This document shows, piece after piece, positions 45,614 through 51,180 of a stretch of DNA of 51,180 nt (positions are counted from its first letter, which is position 1; every line of letters starts with the position of its first letter). The translations under genes were made by a program, and so were the position numbers. The notes under the pieces are model-generated. The model searched no databases, had not been told where the DNA came from, and worked only from the letters and a program-made list of their open reading frames with translations. This DNA comes from an uncultured bacterium (GTDB lineage: Bacteria > B130-G9). Where the stretch lies: the NCBI GenBank assembly GCA_965372715.1, contig CBDVDH010000023.1:1-51180 (forward strand), read 5' to 3'.

Positions 45614-46183
45614 AGAGCACACGCCCGCATCGCCAGCACGCCTCTCGCTCAGGCCTATTCTGACGATTCGCAAGAGAATGATTAGCGTAGCCAAAGAGAT
45701 CGCCACGTCCGCGACGTTAAAAGCTGGCCAGTGGTAGCCGTGCTTGTAGTGGAAGTCCACGAAGTCGATGACGCCGCCATAGGACATGCGGTCGATGAGA
45801 TTGCCCAGGGTTCCACCTATTAGGAGAGCGACCGCAAGGGAGACGGAACGCCTCTTGCCACCGTAGTGCGCCGCAAACCACGAGAAGACAACGGCGGCAA
45901 CTAGTGCGCCGAACGATAAGATGAGCGTCTTGTAGCGGTGATCGCTGCCTGAAAGAAAACCGAACGCAATTCCCCGGTTCATCGTGTGGACTATATTCAA
46001 GAATCCGTCGATGACCGAGACCTGTTCGCCAAAAGCCAGGCTCGCGCGAATCCAAAGCTTGGTCCCTTGGTCGGCAGCCACGACCGCGAGGAGCGTGATA
46101 GGGAAGAGCCACGACGACAGACAGTATCTCACAAGAGACCTGAGCGAGCAGCCCAGAGGCAGTGGTCGTTTGGACAAGAGCAT
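45563..46183 (-). CDS. lspA: Lipoprotein signal peptidase II
   Basis: DQGTK, NRGIAFG, GGTLGNLIDR..G.VIDF, WPAFNVAD; start may be later (~46132). Confidence 0.95.
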   Translation of the reverse strand: MLLSKRPLPLGCSLRSLVRYCLSSWLFPITLLAVVAADQGTKLWIRASLAFGEQVSVIDGFLNIVHTMNRGIAFGFLSGSDHRYKTLILSFGALVAAVVFSWFAAHYGGKRRSVSLAVALLIGGTLGNLIDRMSYGGVIDFVDFHYKHGYHWPAFNVADVAISLATLIILLRIVRIGLSERRAGDAGVCSSEQVLQPPAEQEFTDT

Positions 46184-46325
46184 CTCCTACGGCAAACCAA
46201 TTGTCAGGCAAAAGACAGTAACCAGCGCCGAAAGAGAAGTCAATCGGAGGTGAGGCGCAGTTTTCTCGGAAGGAAGGACTTCCGTCAGCCCGAGTAATGA
46301 GATTGATGCAAGCTGGTTCTGGCCT

Positions 46326-46502
46326 TTTGGACTGCGTCCGCCGCGCGGCGGATTTCTTCGGTCGTGGCTTGACACCACCCTCTGATAGGCATCTATTCTG
46401 AACTTGGAAGCCGCAATCCAGAGAATAGGACGTCCTCCAACAGTGCTCACGCCGCGTCAAGCCGCGGCGAGTCAAAGCGGCGTCAAGCCGTCGCACTCCA
46501 AA
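46326..46502. repeat. Degenerate REPIN of TTTGGAGTGCG-type
   Basis: AAAGCGGCGTCAAGCCGTCGCACTCCAAA (46474-46502) with decayed inverted partner TTTGGACTGCG..GGCTTGACACC. Confidence 0.55.
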
Positions 46503-46891
46503 ATCACCCAATGGGTGCAACTCGCAGACCGACCCCTGTCAAACTCATCACTTTTGGGCAGCGGAAGAACGTGCTCGGCCCAGCATGTCCCTGCCGGCAA
46601 TGTGATTGTTGGGGCCGACCAAGCGCCTTGATTCTCTATGGCTGTTATGTAATATGAAAAGTGTCTGCAAGTGGGGCTCGATGACGCGGTTGGTTCAACC
46701 GCACAGGACTGTGGCTGCCGACTTGGCCTGTCTTCTGGTGGAAGCGCCGAGGCGGCCTGTTGTGTAATTGAGCTGGCAGGTCACGGGCGTTTGACAGTGA
46801 TTGGCAAGAAGGCCGCTGCGCTCAAACCGACGGCGGCCGATGAGAGACGCTTGCTTTACTGGTTTAGGGCTGAACAAGCGAAAAGGGTGAT

Positions 46892-47344
46892 GTGATGTGT
46901 GTTAATGCCGGAGGTGCTGGGCTTTCAGAGCTGATTTCCCGCACAGAGAAAGAGATTAAGAGCGATCTTTCCGAGCTGGCCGGGGTGCGCGAGTTCGTCC
47001 GCCGTGTTTGCGACGCCTCGGCGCTTGACGATGATGCCACAGATCAGTTTGAGTTGGCTATGAGTGAGACGGCGACCAATATCATGATGCATGGGTATAA
47101 GGGCCGCTCGGACGGACAGATTCGGATTCTGGCCGATACTTTCCCTGACCGGGTTGTAATGAGGTTATACCATTGGGGTGTCGCGTTTGAACCTGGGCAT
47201 GCGGAGCTTCCGAGAGTGGATACTTACCAAGAGGGCGGCTATGGGCTCTACATCATTGAGGAAAGCGTGGACGAGGTTATATACTCGCGCGATCAATGCG
47301 GGCGGAACTGCATCCTGTTGGCAAAACATGGGACGAGAGGTTGA
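46892..47344 (+). CDS. RsbW-like anti-sigma factor / Ser kinase (HATPase_c_2)
   Basis: SDLSELAGVREFV, ELAMSETATNIMMHGY, WGVAFEP, EGGYGLYIIEESVDEV.Y. Confidence 0.88.
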   Translation: MMCVNAGGAGLSELISRTEKEIKSDLSELAGVREFVRRVCDASALDDDATDQFELAMSETATNIMMHGYKGRSDGQIRILADTFPDRVVMRLYHWGVAFEPGHAELPRVDTYQEGGYGLYIIEESVDEVIYSRDQCGRNCILLAKHGTRG

Positions 47345-47358
47345 GGGGCCGGATTTCG

Positions 47359-47787
47359 ATGAAACTGGGTCTTGAGCGGGTCGATGATATCTTGATTGTG
47401 ACGGTGCCTGGGCGGGTCCTGGATGTCGTTCACGCTGATGAATTCAGGCAAGCCGTTTATCCAATACTAGCGGAGGAAACCAAGGCCGTTCTTGACATTG
47501 CGAGACTGGATTTCGTCGATAGCTCCGGGCTGGGCGCGTTCGTCGGCTGTGCGAAAATGTTGAGGGCGGCCGGCGGAGACCTGAAGATCTGTGGGATGAC
47601 AAAGAAAGTGCGCTGGCTCTTCGATCTCCTCAAGATGCACATGATATGTGATCTCTTCGACACCAAGGAAGAGGCCATCAAGAGCTTCAAGACCCTCGCT
47701 CAAGATCGCGATTCGACTGGCGATACGACGGATATGAGGTCCAGTGTTCGAGGGATCGGATATCGGAAGATAAACCAACAGGAGTGA
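47359..47787 (+). CDS. STAS anti-anti-sigma factor (RsbV-like), copy 1
   Basis: VLDIARLDFVDSSGLGAF..GGDLKICGM; C-terminal extension. Confidence 0.92.
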   Translation: MKLGLERVDDILIVTVPGRVLDVVHADEFRQAVYPILAEETKAVLDIARLDFVDSSGLGAFVGCAKMLRAAGGDLKICGMTKKVRWLFDLLKMHMICDLFDTKEEAIKSFKTLAQDRDSTGDTTDMRSSVRGIGYRKINQQE

Positions 47788-47792
47788 GTAGA

Positions 47793-48128
47793 ATGGAATT
47801 GAGTGTTGAAACGGTTGAGAACGTAGCTGTCGTGAAGGTGCCGGGGCGTACCCTCGAGGCAAGTAACGTTGAGGAATTCAAGCGGAACATGGCCCCAATC
47901 CTCGACAAGAACACATCTGTCGTTCTCGACATTCAAAACCTGGAGTTTGTCGATAGCTCCGGACTGGGAGCATTCCTCTCCTGCTTGAGGCTTCTGAACG
48001 TTGCTGGCGGGGAGCTGAAGATATCCGGGATGAGAAAGCCCGTGGTTGCGCTCTTCGAGCTGGTTCGAATGCACCGCATCTGCGACGTCTTCGACACCGT
48101 TGACGAGGCAGTCAAGGCCTTCCAGTAG
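47793..48128 (+). CDS. STAS anti-anti-sigma factor (RsbV-like), copy 2
   Basis: VLDIQNLEFVDSSGLGAFLSC..GGELKISGM; RBS AGGAG. Confidence 0.93.
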   Translation: MELSVETVENVAVVKVPGRTLEASNVEEFKRNMAPILDKNTSVVLDIQNLEFVDSSGLGAFLSCLRLLNVAGGELKISGMRKPVVALFELVRMHRICDVFDTVDEAVKAFQ

Positions 48129-48142
48129 AGGTGTTTCCGTAA

Positions 48143-48189
48143 AACGGAAACGGGCGAAAGGGAAAAAAGGTGAAAGGGCGAAAAGGGCG
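48143..48189 (+). repeat. Purine-rich ~8-mer tandem repeat
   Basis: AACGGAAACGGGCGAAAGGGAAAAAAGGTGAAAGGGCGAAAAGGGCG; matches 236-280 inverted. Confidence 0.7.
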
Positions 48190-48459
48190 CGGCCGGCGTT
48201 CCTCGAAACGGCTCGAGCTGGTCTTGCGCTTAGTGGCGTTGGTAAGGGCGATGCCACGGGTCCGGGCACCGTACGCGCTGCGCGGGCAGGCTCTACTTCG
48301 TAAGTTGGTATTTCAGGCTGGATGACTTGCCGCAGCGACAGATGTTTTTGTATTGCTGACGCCAAGGGAGCGGTAACAGAGCCGGGGTAGGCTTCCGCTT
48401 TTGAAAATGCGAATATACAACAAGAGAGGTCAACTTGCCATTCTGAGGAACATAGACAG

Positions 48460-50916
48460 ATGACGGGCGAGGAAAACAGTAAGGCGACGGTGACGGCCGC
48501 AGCGTTCGAGAAGTCGGTTCGACGGCACGTGAGGTATTCCATGGGAAAGGCTCTTGACGACGCGACCATAAGGGACATTCACTGGGCGGCGTCGCTTGCC
48601 GTTAAGGACCTTCTGGTAGAGCGGATGCTGGAGACGAGGCTTCGGTACAGGAAGGCTGACGCCAAGCGGCTGTATTACCTATCGGCTGAGTTCTTGATGG
48701 GGCGCGCGCTTGGCAACAACCTGTGCAACCTCGGGCTCTACGATGTCTTCAGGCAATCGCTTCGGAATATGGGCGCAGACCCTGACCAGATCGAAGAGCT
48801 TGAATTCGACGCCGCACTAGGAAATGGCGGGCTCGGTCGCCTGGCGGCTTGTTTTCTGGATTCGCTCGCCACGTTGGACATGCCAGGATACGGCTACGGC
48901 ATCAATTACGAGTACGGGTTGTTCAAACAAGAGATCGCCGACGGCTATCAAAAGGAGAAGCCTGACAGCTGGCTCGCCTATAGGACGCCTTGGGAGCTCG
49001 AGCGCCACGGCAAAGCGTGTCCAGTCCCGCTCTACGGCCGAGTAGAGAGCTATCCCGGCAAAGACGGCAGTGACAACCCGATGTGGCTGGACTGGCACCT
49101 TATCATCGGCGTGCCGTATGACATGCCGATCGTCGGCTACGGCGGCAGAACCGTGAATTACTTGAGGCTCTTTTCGGCCCGCGCCTCACAAGAGTTCGAC
49201 ATGCGGATATTCAACGATGGGGACTATTTCAAGGCCGTGGAGCAGAAGATCTCTTCGGAGACCGTCTCAAAGGTGCTGTATCCGTCGGATTCCAAGGCCG
49301 AGGGCCGCGAACTCCGGCTAATACAGGAGTATTTCCTCATTGCGTGCGCGGTCAGGGATATCGTCAGAAGATACGAGATGGCGCACGACTCGTTCGAGCT
49401 GTTTCCAGAAAAGGTCGCGATTCAGCTCAACGATACGCATCCGGCATTGGCTGTTGCGGAGTTAATGCGGGTCTTGGTTGACGAGAAGTCCCTGCCCTGG
49501 GAGAAGTCATGGGAGATCACGAACGCGACCATGGCATACACCAACCACACGCTGCTGCCTGAGGCGCTCGAGAGGTGGCCCGTCGCTCTGCTTGAGAACG
49601 TGCTACCCAGGCACATGCAGATCATCTATGAGATGAACCGCCGCTTTCTGGAACAGGTGTCAGCCTTATGTCCCGGGGACATCGACAGGCTTCGCAGAAC
49701 GTCGATCATTGAGGAGGGGGAACATAGGCAGGTTCGCATGGCTCACCTCGCGACCATCGGCAGTCATTCGGTCAACGGCGTTTCCGCTCTTCATTCGGGT
49801 CTTGTGAAGACATCTCTGTTCCCTGATTTCTACGAGATATGGCCGGAGAAGTTCAGCAACAAGACCAATGGGATAACTCCCCGTCGCTGGCTCAAGCTAG
49901 CTAATACCGGGCTCGCGGACCTGATCACAGAAAGTATCGGCGATGAATGGGTCAAAGACCTCCAGCATCTCAAGGAGCTCGAGCCGTTCGCCGACCAGGC
50001 CGAGTTTCAGCAGCGCTTCCGGGATGTCAAACGGGCCAACAAGGAGAGGTTGGCGAAGGTGGTCAAGGACACAACTGCCGTTACGGTCGATCCCAGCTCC
50101 CTTTTCGACGTTCAGGCAAAGCGGATTCACGAGTATAAGCGTCAGCTGCTCAAGGTCCTGCACATCATCCACGAGTATCTGCGCCTCGTCGAAGGCCAAG
50201 AGGTCCCCGCCGTTCCGCGAACGTATCTGTTTGCTGGCAAGGCGGCGCCGGGATACTGGGTCGCCAAGATGATCATCAAGCTAATAAACAACGTCGCGCG
50301 CGTGGTCAATGACGACCCACGAGTGAACGGTCTGATGAAGGTGGCGTTCGTCCCTGACTATCGGGTCTCGCTGGCCGAAGTGATCGTTCCCGCGACGGAC
50401 CTCAGCGAACAGATCTCAACCGCCGGCATGGAGGCCTCGGGTACTGGGAACATGAAGTTCGCGCTGAACGGGGCCCTCACGATCGGGACGCTGGACGGGG
50501 CGAACATTGAGATTAGGGAAGAGGTCGGCGAGGATAACATCTTCATCTTCGGGCTGCGAAATGAAGAGGTTGAGAAGCTGAATGGTGAAGGCTCTTACAA
50601 CCCGCGCGAATACTACCAGACGAATCCCGACGTGAAAAGTATCCTCGACTCGATCAACTCTGATGTGTTCTCCGCGCGGGAACCGGGCCTTTTCAGGTGG
50701 GTATTCCACAACCTACTTGACCATAACGATAGGTATTACCATCTGGCCGACTTCCCCTCGTATCTTGAGGCGCAGAGCGCCGTGTCTCAGCTGTATGCGG
50801 ATGCCACTACCTGGACCAGGAAGGCAATCCTGAACGTGGCCCGCATAGGCAAGTTCTCAAGCGACCGCACCATCCGCGAATACGCACGGGACATCTGGGA
50901 CATCAAACCCGTCTGA
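48460..50916 (+). CDS. glgP: Glycogen/starch/alpha-glucan phosphorylase
   Basis: YLSAEFLMGR, LGNGGLGRLAACF, QLNDTHP, KRIHEYKRQ, EASGTGNMKF (PLP Lys), FSSDRTI. Confidence 0.98.
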   Translation: MTGEENSKATVTAAAFEKSVRRHVRYSMGKALDDATIRDIHWAASLAVKDLLVERMLETRLRYRKADAKRLYYLSAEFLMGRALGNNLCNLGLYDVFRQSLRNMGADPDQIEELEFDAALGNGGLGRLAACFLDSLATLDMPGYGYGINYEYGLFKQEIADGYQKEKPDSWLAYRTPWELERHGKACPVPLYGRVESYPGKDGSDNPMWLDWHLIIGVPYDMPIVGYGGRTVNYLRLFSARASQEFDMRIFNDGDYFKAVEQKISSETVSKVLYPSDSKAEGRELRLIQEYFLIACAVRDIVRRYEMAHDSFELFPEKVAIQLNDTHPALAVAELMRVLVDEKSLPWEKSWEITNATMAYTNHTLLPEALERWPVALLENVLPRHMQIIYEMNRRFLEQVSALCPGDIDRLRRTSIIEEGEHRQVRMAHLATIGSHSVNGVSALHSGLVKTSLFPDFYEIWPEKFSNKTNGITPRRWLKLANTGLADLITESIGDEWVKDLQHLKELEPFADQAEFQQRFRDVKRANKERLAKVVKDTTAVTVDPSSLFDVQAKRIHEYKRQLLKVLHIIHEYLRLVEGQEVPAVPRTYLFAGKAAPGYWVAKMIIKLINNVARVVNDDPRVNGLMKVAFVPDYRVSLAEVIVPATDLSEQISTAGMEASGTGNMKFALNGALTIGTLDGANIEIREEVGEDNIFIFGLRNEEVEKLNGEGSYNPREYYQTNPDVKSILDSINSDVFSAREPGLFRWVFHNLLDHNDRYYHLADFPSYLEAQSAVSQLYADATTWTRKAILNVARIGKFSSDRTIREYARDIWDIKPV

Positions 50917-50979
50917 TCCGGGCAAGCCCAAAGCCGGAGCGCTGCGGAGGTTCGCCGAACGGCGAATCCAAAGTCCGGT

Positions 50980-51174
50980 GTAGGGCGGGCTTTCTAGCCT
51001 GCCGATATGAAGTCCCAACTCCCAACTTCGGAGCTCAAAAGACCTCCCCCGTCACGGAATCGGGTAATGATAGCCCATATCGACCGTGCCTGTATCCGAT
51101 TCCGATCAGCTCCTTAACCCGAATGATTCAAGGGCATGACTCTCGTCGGTGTGGGGCAGGCTTTCCAGCCTGCC
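50980..51174 (+). repeat. Two REPs in direct orientation downstream of glgP
   Basis: GTAGGGCGGGCTTTCTAGCCTGCC (50980-51003) and GTGGGGCAGGCTTTCCAGCCTGCC (51151-51174); CGGAATCGG/CCGATTCCG inverted pair between them. Confidence 0.8.
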
Positions 51175-51180
51175 AAAGAC

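Noticed and set aside
50935-50978. tRNA-like GGTTCG...GAATCC segment
   Set aside because: Only a small hairpin; no cloverleaf, anticodon arm or acceptor stem.
18-51174. CRISPR array
   Set aside because: The repeats are inverted pairs or dispersed singles, not regularly spaced direct repeats; no cas genes.

Overview
Bacterial chromosomal window, GC-rich and gene-dense, probably from a poorly characterised lineage (taxonomy cannot be fixed from this sequence). It holds about 37 intact CDS and one TetR pseudogene. Housekeeping genes: hup, dnaB, nth, pdxA, lspA, cutA, glgP and an Xaa-Pro peptidase. Envelope glycosylation genes: an orphan wzm, four GT-C-type membrane proteins and two GT4s. Also present are three radical SAM enzymes, an archaeal-type 2-phosphoglycerate kinase with tandem ATP-cones, a Helicase_C_3/WYL-like protein, a pentapeptide-repeat gene in an operon with dnaB, a split Btu/Fec ABC importer, and an RsbW-STAS-STAS module upstream of glycogen phosphorylase. 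No rRNA, tRNA, CRISPR array, transposase, integrase or reverse transcriptase was recognised. Intergenic DNA is heavily colonised by small repeats: several GTAG/GTGG REP families forming REPINs, an IS200/REPtron-like palindrome cassette, and 7/8/9-mer tandem repeats. The most striking signal is a 267-bp MITE (35149-35415) with 15-bp TIRs. It is inserted exactly 3' of a REP hairpin loop, duplicates that loop (CTTG), and carries its own REPIN and a promoter. Two truncated copies also sit 3' of REP loops, one of them in a different REP family, which suggests structure-guided targeting. All functional calls come from motif recognition by eye; no database searches were run.
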